Of a stretch of 64,000 nt of DNA, positions 1 to 8,044 are shown piece by piece. The notes under the pieces are model-generated. The model saw nothing but the letters and a program-made list of their open reading frames with translations, made no database searches and was not told where the DNA came from. The position numbers were made by a program, and so were the translations under genes. Each line of letters opens with the position of its first letter. Within the stretch, counting starts at the first letter, position 1. Origin of the DNA: a virus (Duplodnaviria; Caudoviricetes); IMG/VR virus record IMGVR_UViG_3300030330_005139; one strand, 5' to 3'.

Positions 1-2
1 GA

Positions 3-752
3 CCAGGTGATGGAATTGAATCACCGTTTCCCTCTTACATTCTTGATGGAAAGAGAATCTCAAGTGGAAAAGTAACAACACTCAGTGAGTATTCAATTGT
101 CTCTGAGAACCGACTGACAAAGATTGATCCCAAAACACCAACAGTCTTGGCTGCAATGTTGGGTTGTTCGATGACCACAGCTCTGGGTTTGATTGACAAT
201 GAGATCAACCTGAAGTTTGGTGAGAGTGTTGCTGTCATTGGTTGTGGTGGGGTGGGACTCAATCTCATTCAGGGATTGAAGATGAAAGGCGCTCATCAGA
301 TCTTTGGTGTTGATGTCAATCAGTCTCTGGGTGACATGGTTCTGGATCTTGGAGCTGATTACTTCCTTTACAACATTGATGCTCTTCAACATGTGGATGT
401 TGTCATTGACACCACGGGTAACCCATCTGTAATTGGGAAGGCATATGAGAGGCTAAATCCTAGTGGTCGTTTGATTCTTGTGGGACAACCAGCACCGAAG
501 ATGGGAATTGCAATTCCAAATGCAGTCTCCATGTTTGAGGGTTCTGGTAAAACCATCAAGGCAACACAGGGTGGAATGACAAATCCAACTGTGGACATTC
601 CTCGTTACATCGACTTGGCACTTGCTGGGAAACTGGATTACGAGAGCATTCACACTCACACATACACACTGGATGAAGTGAATGACGCATTTGACCTCCT
701 TCGAAGTGGAAATGCAGGAAGGATTATGATCAAGATTGGAGAAGAACAATGA
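3..752 (+). CDS. Zn-dependent (MDR) alcohol dehydrogenase, 5'-truncated by window edge
   Basis: Frame open from nt 3; LGCS..T and VAVIGCGGVG Rossmann motifs; typical MDR C-terminus. Confidence 0.85.
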   Translation, partial: PGDGIESPFPSYILDGKRISSGKVTTLSEYSIVSENRLTKIDPKTPTVLAAMLGCSMTTALGLIDNEINLKFGESVAVIGCGGVGLNLIQGLKMKGAHQIFGVDVNQSLGDMVLDLGADYFLYNIDALQHVDVVIDTTGNPSVIGKAYERLNPSGRLILVGQPAPKMGIAIPNAVSMFEGSGKTIKATQGGMTNPTVDIPRYIDLALAGKLDYESIHTHTYTLDEVNDAFDLLRSGNAGRIMIKIGEEQ

Positions 753-1963
753 GAAAACAATGGACTAAACAGGAACTGATTGACTTTGAGAGTGAGATTG
801 GTGTTCTTTATGAGAACAATCAACTCCCTTTCTTGTTTCACCTCTCAGGAGGAAATGAAGATCAACTCATTGATATCTTCAGTCAAATCAATGAAGGAGA
901 CTGGGTGATTTCGAATCACAGAAGTCATTACCATGCACTTCTTCATGGCATTCCTCCTGAGATTGTCAAACAAAGAATCATCGATGGACGAAGCATGTTC
1001 ATCTATGACAACCAACGGAAGTTCTTTGTCTCTGCAATCATTGGTGGAACTCCTGCCATTGCTGCTGGAATTGCCTGGGCGTTGAAGAAGAAAGGAAGTC
1101 AGAATAAGGTCTGGTGTTTCATTGGTGATGGAACAGAAGATAACGGACACCTGTTTGAGGCTGCTCGTTATGTTGATGGTTGGAATCTTCCTTGTAACTT
1201 TGTGATTGAGAGTAACAATCGATCTGTGGAAGCATCCAATGAAGATCGTTGGGGGACTCAATCAAACCTTCAGTGGAACTTTGATTGTGTGACCAAGTAT
1301 GAATATGAATGTTCTTATCCTCACTGTCGTAAGCCTGGAATGATTGACCTGGAAGAGACTCTGAAGGTCAAGAAGACCGACGAAGAGTACTTCCCTCCTC
1401 TTCCTGACTTTAAGTATCCTGACCTTCCTCTAAAACTTCTGGAGGATGACAAACCCACTTACAAGGAGGGTGTCAAGAGATCGATGCAGAAACTGGCTGA
1501 GAGAGGTGCCATCTTCATTGGTTACAACGTAAAGTATGGAAAGGCAATGGGAACACTTGAGGGTGTTCCTGATGACCAACTGGTGGAGACACCAGTGGCG
1601 GAGAACCTGATGTCAGGACTGGCCATTGGAATGAGTCTTGAAGGTTTCCTTCCTGTCATTTACTTCGAACGACATGATTTCATGTTGGTGGCAGCAGATG
1701 CCATTGTGAATCACATTGATAAGATTGAACGCATTTCTCATGGTGAGTTCAAGGTTCCTGTTATAATGAGAGCTGTGACCGCAGACGCTGGTCCATTCTA
1801 CTCTGGTCCAACACACTCACAGAACCTGACGGAAATGTTTAGACGAGCTGTTGACTTCCCTGTCATTTGTCCTCAGGATGGTCTTGGTGTGATTTGGGCT
1901 GTGGATGGAGCACTTGCAAGTGGTCAACCCATGATGATGATTGAGAAGAAATCACTTTACTGA
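749..1963 (+). CDS. Fused TPP-dependent E1 alpha + E1 beta (pyruvate/acetoin dehydrogenase or transketolase-like)
   Basis: HLSGGNE, HRSHYH, GDG...NN TPP motif; second half ETPVAENLMSGLAIG, GPTHSQ. Confidence 0.85.
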   Translation: MRKQWTKQELIDFESEIGVLYENNQLPFLFHLSGGNEDQLIDIFSQINEGDWVISNHRSHYHALLHGIPPEIVKQRIIDGRSMFIYDNQRKFFVSAIIGGTPAIAAGIAWALKKKGSQNKVWCFIGDGTEDNGHLFEAARYVDGWNLPCNFVIESNNRSVEASNEDRWGTQSNLQWNFDCVTKYEYECSYPHCRKPGMIDLEETLKVKKTDEEYFPPLPDFKYPDLPLKLLEDDKPTYKEGVKRSMQKLAERGAIFIGYNVKYGKAMGTLEGVPDDQLVETPVAENLMSGLAIGMSLEGFLPVIYFERHDFMLVAADAIVNHIDKIERISHGEFKVPVIMRAVTADAGPFYSGPTHSQNLTEMFRRAVDFPVICPQDGLGVIWAVDGALASGQPMMMIEKKSLY

Positions 1964-1964
1964 C

Positions 1965-2708
1965 ATGACAAAGAAACGTATTCTTGTTATTGGTGACAGT
2001 TGTAGAGACGTTTACACTTATTGTGAGGCTTCACGTCTGGCTCCGGATCGTCCGGTCCCAGTCTTGGAACCTGTTCGTGTAGATAAGATGCCTGGGATGG
2101 CAATGAATGTCTACGAGAACTTGATTAAGATGACACCGAAGAGTGGTGTGGACATTGTTACAAACTCTAACTGGAAATCAATTCGTAAAGAACGATTTGT
2201 TGATTCCAAGAGTAACCACATGTTTGTTCGTGTGGATCATGGTGACGAAGTTGAGAGGTGTGATGTGAGTCAACTCAACCTTGATTATGACTGCATTGTT
2301 ATTTCAGATTACGATAAAGGTTTTCTTACAGAATCTGACATTGATGAGATCTGTCGGAAACATGACAATGTGATCCTGGACACAAAGAAACAACTGGGTG
2401 TCTGGGCAACAGACGCAACGTGGATCAAGATCAATCAACATGAGTATGAGAGGTCGGAAGTCTTCATTAAAAGATACATACCAGACAACATTATCAAAAC
2501 ACTTGGTGGTGAGGGGTGTGAGTTTGATGGACAGGTTTATCCTGTGTTAAAAAAGAAACAAGTTATTGATGTTTCTGGTGCTGGTGACACCTTTTTAGCT
2601 GCTTTTGTGGTAAGGTGGTGTCAAGATAAAGATGTGGTTGGTGCAATCAAAGTTGCCAATCACATGGCATCTAAAGTCGTATCTAAAAGAGGAACAAGTA
2701 CACCATGA
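1965..2708 (+). CDS. hldE: PfkB/HldE-type heptose-phosphate kinase domain
   Basis: ILVIGD..D, RLAPDRPVPV, ISDYDKG, DVSGAGDTF. Confidence 0.85.
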   Translation: MTKKRILVIGDSCRDVYTYCEASRLAPDRPVPVLEPVRVDKMPGMAMNVYENLIKMTPKSGVDIVTNSNWKSIRKERFVDSKSNHMFVRVDHGDEVERCDVSQLNLDYDCIVISDYDKGFLTESDIDEICRKHDNVILDTKKQLGVWATDATWIKINQHEYERSEVFIKRYIPDNIIKTLGGEGCEFDGQVYPVLKKKQVIDVSGAGDTFLAAFVVRWCQDKDVVGAIKVANHMASKVVSKRGTSTP

Positions 2709-3511
2709 CGGCGATTGTAACGGGACATAAAGGTTTCATTGGACGGAACCTTTATAACACCCTGAAGGTAATGGGTCATGATCCTCTTGGGGTTGAGATT
2801 AACAGCGCTTGGAGTTTCTTAGAGAACTTCAATAACTGGAAAGATGTAAGTGCTGTTTATCACCTCGGTGCAATTTCTGACACCAGGGAGACTGATCTTG
2901 ATAAGATTTACAATTACAACATTGACTTCAGTCGAGCTTTGTTTGAGGCTTGTGCCATCAATGGAGTTCCCGTGAAGACTGCATCATCTGCAAGTGTTTA
3001 TGGTAACCTTGTTCATGAAATCAACCCTCTCAATTATTATTCTCTGTCCAAACTGACGATGGACTATTGGATTGAGGAACACATGGCACACTTCCCTTTG
3101 ATCCAATCATTCAGGTTCTTCAATGTTTATGGGGATGGTGAGGAAGATAAGGTCAGGAAAGGGACAGCTTCTCCTGTTTCCACATTCATTCACCAGGCAA
3201 AGACCAAGGGGGTTGTCAAGGTCTTCACGGGGTCAGAGGACTTCATGAGGGACTTTGTTTGTGTGAGGGATGTTGTCTCTCTGATGATCAAGAATGATGA
3301 ACCGAGTGGTGTTTATGATCTTGGAACAAGTCAGCCAATCTCATTCCAGATGGTGGCAGAGTTGATCTGTGCAAAGTATGGAGCAAAGATAAAGGAAGTC
3401 CCCTTCCCCGAAGACTTGGATGGTAAGTATCAAATCTTCACCTCAGCCAAGAAGGATTTCAATCATCAGTTCATTACTGTGAGAGATTATTTGGAGTCAA
3501 TTCATGAGTAA
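2705..3511 (+). CDS. hldD: ADP-L-glycero-D-manno-heptose 6-epimerase-like SDR
   Basis: VTGHKGFIG, HLGAISDT, ASSASVYG, YSLSK, FRFFNVYG. Confidence 0.85.
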   Translation: MTAIVTGHKGFIGRNLYNTLKVMGHDPLGVEINSAWSFLENFNNWKDVSAVYHLGAISDTRETDLDKIYNYNIDFSRALFEACAINGVPVKTASSASVYGNLVHEINPLNYYSLSKLTMDYWIEEHMAHFPLIQSFRFFNVYGDGEEDKVRKGTASPVSTFIHQAKTKGVVKVFTGSEDFMRDFVCVRDVVSLMIKNDEPSGVYDLGTSQPISFQMVAELICAKYGAKIKEVPFPEDLDGKYQIFTSAKKDFNHQFITVRDYLESIHE

Positions 3512-3914
3512 GATTGTTTGGACAAATGGGTGCTTTGACATCCTTCACCCTGGTCACATTGAACTCTTCAAGATTGGTAAGACACTTTCCAATGGAGGGA
3601 AGTTGATTGTTGGTCTTGATTATGATGAGAAGGTGAAGGTGGATAAGGGTCCTGAGAGACCCATCAACACTTTTCAAGACAGGAAGATCATGCTAGAATG
3701 CATTAAATACATTGATGTTGTTCTTGGATTTGGATCAAGGAAGGAACTTGAAGACCTCATTGAACTACACAAACCTGACATTCTAATTGATGGAGGAGAA
3801 TGGCGCCATGATGGAGTGGGACGAGAATTTGCGAAGGAGACTCGGTTTTTCGATCGGGTCGGAGGATATTCCTCCAGTAAAATCATCGAAAGAATCCGCA
3901 GCAGATCCAATTAA
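3504..3914 (+). CDS. HldE-type nucleotidyltransferase (cytidyltransferase-like) domain
   Basis: TNGCFDILHPGH, KGPERPIN, SSSKII. Confidence 0.85.
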   Translation: MSKIVWTNGCFDILHPGHIELFKIGKTLSNGGKLIVGLDYDEKVKVDKGPERPINTFQDRKIMLECIKYIDVVLGFGSRKELEDLIELHKPDILIDGGEWRHDGVGREFAKETRFFDRVGGYSSSKIIERIRSRSN

Positions 3915-4251
3915 GTTTGTCCCCAAAGGTTGGGGATACGAAAAGTGGATTGCCAATGGACCTGAATACTGTGGTAAGCTTTTGTTTATTGCAAAGGATA
4001 GGAGATGTTCATGGCATTTCCATGAACTGAAAGATGAAGTCTTCTTCGTTTACAGAGGTGCCATTGAAGTTTATCATTCTAATGATGATCTTCTTGAGAG
4101 TGCAGACATGACTCTCCTTGGTCCTGGTGAGAAGTTTCATGTTCCTCGTGGGATGAGACACCAGATGGTTGCTCTTGCTGACACAGAGTTGTTTGAGTTC
4201 AGTACTCAACACTTTGATTCAGATTCCCACAGACTTATCAAAGGGGACTAA
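3787..4251 (+). CDS. Cupin (sugar isomerase-like); start uncertain
   Basis: VPKGWGYE, SWHFHELKDE, PRGMRHQM. Confidence 0.75.
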   Translation: MMEENGAMMEWDENLRRRLGFSIGSEDIPPVKSSKESAADPIKFVPKGWGYEKWIANGPEYCGKLLFIAKDRRCSWHFHELKDEVFFVYRGAIEVYHSNDDLLESADMTLLGPGEKFHVPRGMRHQMVALADTELFEFSTQHFDSDSHRLIKGD

Positions 4252-4589
4252 TGAAGAGGTATTGTATTGACATTGATGGTACAATCTGTACCCCCACAGT
4301 TGGAAGAGGTTATGAACTTGCTGAACCTTTCCCTGACAGGATCGCAAGCATCAATGAGATGTATGATCAAGGACATTATATTATCTTCTTTACTGCAAGA
4401 GCGATGGGTCGATTCTGTGGTGACCCTGACGACAGACAGAAAGCTGAGGATCTTATGAGAGATCTCACAGAAAAACAACTTGAGAAGTGGGGAGTGAAGT
4501 ATCATGAACTTCTTTTCGGTAAACCACACGCCGATGTTTTCATCGACGACAAAGCTGTAAGTGACACGGATTGGTTCTGTTATGGTTAG
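4251..4589 (+). CDS. Small HAD-family phosphatase
   Basis: DIDGTIC, FTAR, GKP.ADVFIDDK. Confidence 0.8.
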   Translation: MKRYCIDIDGTICTPTVGRGYELAEPFPDRIASINEMYDQGHYIIFFTARAMGRFCGDPDDRQKAEDLMRDLTEKQLEKWGVKYHELLFGKPHADVFIDDKAVSDTDWFCYG

Positions 4590-5376
4590 AGACAAGAATA
4601 AATCACTCTCCAAAGTAAAAGGGATTGGTCCAATTTATTATCTCAATCTTGATGGGCAACCTGAGAGACGTGAGTTTATGGAGGAGCAGTTCGAGTATTG
4701 GGAGATTGATAATTACAAAAGAATCTCTGCTTATGATGGTCGAGACGATGACCTGAGTGACATCATCAAGGGACGTTACCCTGACATGATGACCTCTGGT
4801 GAGATTGGTTGTACAACATCACATCTCAAAGCCATCAAGGAGTTCTATGAGACTGGAGAACCTTATGCAATCATCATGGAAGATGACTGCAGTCTTGACT
4901 TGATTCGGTTCTGGAACTTTACATGGAAGGACTTTTACTCTAGAATTCCTTATGACTGGGATGTCGTACAAATTGCAATCATTTGTACAGGAGACATTCA
5001 CATCAAAATCCATAAGAGATTTGTGAATGAGTTCTCAACAGCTTGTTATCTTATCACTCGTCATCATGCCGAGAAGATGATCAAGCTTCACTGTAGAGGT
5101 GACAAGTATAAGCTGGACAATGGAGTGAGACCTCGTCCCGTTGCGGATGACCTTCTTTATAACTCTGGAAACACTTACTCAATCCCTCTTCTTCTTTATC
5201 ATATCCCCTTGGGATCATCCATTCATCCTGATCATGTTGACGCATTTCATAAAGGGAATTATGATGCACAAATGAACTTCTGGCAAAACATGGGAGCTCA
5301 GAAGTCTATTGATGAGTTGATGGATTATGATCCTTATCTGGGTCGTGTCAGTGAGTCGTCAGCAAACAGGGGCTAA
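4582..5376 (+). CDS. Glycosyltransferase family 25
   Basis: YYLNLD..ERR, ISAYDG, GEIGCTTSH, IMEDD. Confidence 0.85.
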   Translation: MVRDKNKSLSKVKGIGPIYYLNLDGQPERREFMEEQFEYWEIDNYKRISAYDGRDDDLSDIIKGRYPDMMTSGEIGCTTSHLKAIKEFYETGEPYAIIMEDDCSLDLIRFWNFTWKDFYSRIPYDWDVVQIAIICTGDIHIKIHKRFVNEFSTACYLITRHHAEKMIKLHCRGDKYKLDNGVRPRPVADDLLYNSGNTYSIPLLLYHIPLGSSIHPDHVDAFHKGNYDAQMNFWQNMGAQKSIDELMDYDPYLGRVSESSANRG

Positions 5377-5416
5377 ATAATGAAACCCCACAACAAACAA
5401 CTAGCCATTATTAAAT

Positions 5417-5704
5417 ATGGAAAAAGAGGTATCGGACTTTTCTCTTAAGAGAAGAGAGTGTTCTGTTTGTAAGGCGGTCTGGATCAACGATCAACACATC
5501 TGGTCTGGAACTGGTGCTCAGGGGGATGAACAAACACTACATAACCTGGTATGTTACTCTCAACCTGAGGGATCTGGATGTATCAATCCAGCAAGAGAGG
5601 GTAAGGGTGGGCAGATGTATCCTGATAAGGACTCTTGGGAAAAGAGATCCCAAAAGATTGAACAATTAATGAAAGACATGGAGAACGGCAATGCCTCGTG
5701 GTAG
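5417..5704 (+). CDS. Hypothetical protein with CxxC
   Basis: 95-aa ORF downstream of TAAATA late-promoter-like motifs. Confidence 0.65.
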   Translation: MEKEVSDFSLKRRECSVCKAVWINDQHIWSGTGAQGDEQTLHNLVCYSQPEGSGCINPAREGKGGQMYPDKDSWEKRSQKIEQLMKDMENGNASW

Positions 5705-5846
5705 ACTTGACAAGATTGGAGCTGAGAACCGGCTTTATAAACTCATGAACAGACTCGACGATGAGCCATGTGCCGACAGTGATAAATATCTTGCAAAGAG
5801 GTATCTCAATTACGTTTTAGATTATATCAAAGAACATTCAAGTTAG
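5691..5846 (+). CDS. Small hypothetical protein (MPRGRLDK..., 51 aa)
   Basis: Translated by hand; below the ORF-track size cutoff; fills the gap. Confidence 0.55.
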   Translation: MPRGRLDKIGAENRLYKLMNRLDDEPCADSDKYLAKRYLNYVLDYIKEHSS

Positions 5847-5860
5847 GAAATAATAAATAA

Positions 5861-5960
5861 ACCTTGGGCGAATGGCTCAACTACTATCGCTAGCCCAAGA
5901 ACTAAACAAACAGAGACATGTCGAGTCTCTTATCATCCGTAGGTTAAACTCTACGAGACA
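5861..5960 (+). ncRNA. Candidate structured 5' leader (three hairpins)
   Basis: CTTGGGC/GCCCAAG, AGAGAC/GTCTCT and CGTAG/CTACG stems between ATAAATA (5853) and ATG 5977. Confidence 0.5.
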
Positions 5961-5976
5961 AAAAAGGTAAACAAAA

Positions 5977-6351
5977 ATGATCAAATCTGTATTCGCAGCA
6001 ACTGCTGTAATGTCCATGTCCGCTGGTGCCGCTTTCGCAGGCCCTTATGTTAATGTAGAAACCAATGCTGGTTGGGTTGGCGACGACTACACCGCAGCAG
6101 TTACCGACATCCACGCTGGTTTTGAAGGTCCCATTGGTGAGAGTGCTGGCTGGTATGTTCAGGGCGGACCTGCGCTGGTGAACGTTGATGGTGAAGAGGC
6201 TGCAACTGAGATCTCCGGTAAGGCTGGACTTGGTGTTGATGTTACAGAATCCCTCAACATCTATGGTGAAGTTTCCTTCCTGACCGAAGATCAGTCCTTC
6301 ACGGATGATCTGGCTCTCGGAACTAAAGTCGGCGTCAAGTGGACTTTCTGA
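5977..6351 (+). CDS. Small outer-membrane beta-barrel/porin-like protein
   Basis: Signal peptide ending AFA, alternating beta-strand pattern, C-terminal KWTF. Confidence 0.7.
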   Translation: MIKSVFAATAVMSMSAGAAFAGPYVNVETNAGWVGDDYTAAVTDIHAGFEGPIGESAGWYVQGGPALVNVDGEEAATEISGKAGLGVDVTESLNIYGEVSFLTEDQSFTDDLALGTKVGVKWTF

Positions 6352-6375
6352 TTCACACATAGTGTGTTATAATAT

Positions 6376-6400
6376 GGGGGGACCAGAGGTCCCCTTTTTT
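6376..6400 (+). terminator. Intrinsic terminator
   Basis: GGGGACC-AGA-GGTCCCC followed by T6. Confidence 0.8.
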
Positions 6401-6413
6401 ATTGCTTGGACTT

Positions 6414-6749
6414 ATGAGAAAGTTTATTCCCCTTCTCGTCCTTCCTTTTCTTGTGTCCTGTGGTGGACCGAAGGAGGAAGTGGTCGAGGCTCCTCAGTAT
6501 CCCGTTTACTGCATCCGTGAAGTCGTCTTCCTGGACGATGATCCTCAAGGTCGAGTTCTTCTGGACATGCCTGGTTATCCTTATGGACAGACTGACAAGT
6601 ACCAAGAGATTGATAGACAGACTTATAATGAACTTGATGTTCCTGTCTGCCAATCTGATGACCCACGCATGTCTTTGGAAGCAAGTGGCATTGCCTGGGC
6701 AGATGGACGTGACACATCATTGGATGAATTGCCCGAGTCGGTTGAATAA
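6414..6749 (+). CDS. Putative lipoprotein
   Basis: MRKFIPLLVLPFLVSC lipobox-like signal. Confidence 0.65.
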   Translation: MRKFIPLLVLPFLVSCGGPKEEVVEAPQYPVYCIREVVFLDDDPQGRVLLDMPGYPYGQTDKYQEIDRQTYNELDVPVCQSDDPRMSLEASGIAWADGRDTSLDELPESVE

Positions 6750-6774
6750 ATAAAACTGAATATCGTTGCCGCTG

Positions 6775-6814
6775 AGGGAGTGGTTGGCAAAATCCAACAA
6801 ACACTCCCCTTTTT
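6775..6814 (+). terminator. Long hairpin plus T-tract (terminator or small RNA)
   Basis: GGGAGTG-GTTGG-caaaat-CCAAC-aaa-CACTCCC then CTTTTT. Confidence 0.7.
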
Positions 6815-6831
6815 CTTCATTAAACTAAATT

Positions 6832-7554
6832 ATGATTGAATACTTTCCTTATCATAGAAAACTTCTAAAGAAGAAAGAAGTTAAAGAACTTTTAAATCAT
6901 TTTGACCAGACATTGCTGCACGTTGGGACAATGTCTGGAGGTGATAATGAGACCACAAGACAAATAAAGCAAGCTTACAATGGTTACTTTGAGGACCCAA
7001 GTGCTAATAGAATAATTTATGATGCCTTGGATAGAGATTCGGGGTTCTGCTGGAGAACCATTGCACAAACTACTGAGCGACCGCTGTTGTCGAAGAGTAA
7101 ACTCGGTCAGTTTTATCATCCACACCAAGACAGTCCCATTCTTGGAGACTACAGTACATCAGTTGTTCTGAACGATGACTTCGAAGGTGGTGAACTTCAG
7201 TTGCGTGTCGCTGGTGAGGTGAAGAATTACAAATTTAAACCTGGTGAGGCAATCACTTACCCAACAGGAATGGATCATTGTGTCCGTCCTGTGACTAAAG
7301 GAGAAAGGAAGGCACTTGTCATTTGGACTAAGAGCTCAGTGACAGATCCTCTGTTGAGAGAGATTGCCTGTCTTTCAAATAAGGCATATCATATTCTCGC
7401 TAAAGAAAAAGACAAGAGAAAAGAGAATCCCTATCTTTTTGAAGATGGGATTGAACAGGCTTCAAATGATCCTCTTTTCTTAATGGATAAGATTTTCTCC
7501 CTTATTGGAAGAGCTGATGGTAGCCAGTGGTATAGTAGACGAAATGGTGAGTGA
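6832..7554 (+). CDS. 2OG-Fe(II) oxygenase (PKHD/PiuC-like)
   Basis: YHPHQD, FEGGEL, HCVRPVTKGER. Confidence 0.85.
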   Translation: MIEYFPYHRKLLKKKEVKELLNHFDQTLLHVGTMSGGDNETTRQIKQAYNGYFEDPSANRIIYDALDRDSGFCWRTIAQTTERPLLSKSKLGQFYHPHQDSPILGDYSTSVVLNDDFEGGELQLRVAGEVKNYKFKPGEAITYPTGMDHCVRPVTKGERKALVIWTKSSVTDPLLREIACLSNKAYHILAKEKDKRKENPYLFEDGIEQASNDPLFLMDKIFSLIGRADGSQWYSRRNGE

Positions 7555-7765
7555 GATTGGAAGGTGGATCACAATGGTAATGATGCTCTTCACCATGTGT
7601 AACCAGAGCCCAGAAACACGTCAAGCTTGTATGACTGACTGGGATGTATGGTTATATCCTGAACTTAAGCGGGGGTGGGACCTTCGCTTCGGTGGAGAGA
7701 AACCCTATCAAGAAGAAGAGGAAAAACTCAGAGAGAGACAGAATAACAAATGTATGTTAGGATGA
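7544..7765 (+). CDS. Hypothetical protein
   Basis: ORF overlapping the upstream stop; hydrophobic N-terminus. Confidence 0.55.
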   Translation: MVSEIGRWITMVMMLFTMCNQSPETRQACMTDWDVWLYPELKRGWDLRFGGEKPYQEEEEKLRERQNNKCMLG

Positions 7766-7785
7766 ACACACACTGATGGGGTTCC

Positions 7786-8019
7786 ATGAACACTGACCGT
7801 ACTTATTACATTGCATACGATAACGAAACAAGGTTCTGGATTCAGGAAACAAGATTCGGTTTGTATCAGACCGGTCTTGAGGATGGAACTAAGCTTCTGA
7901 CTGGATTGGATAAGGATGGGACTCTGAAGATGACAGCTCAACACATTGTCTGGATGAAGGAAGGTTTCCCTGAACCACTTAGTGGATCTTATGATGGTGT
8001 GGTTGGTGGAAAACTCTAA
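7786..8019 (+). CDS. Hypothetical cyanophage protein
   Basis: C-terminal YDGVVGGKL motif recalled from cyanophage small proteins. Confidence 0.65.
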   Translation: MNTDRTYYIAYDNETRFWIQETRFGLYQTGLEDGTKLLTGLDKDGTLKMTAQHIVWMKEGFPEPLSGSYDGVVGGKL

Positions 8020-8044
8020 ATAAAGAGAAGAGTAGGATCATTAG

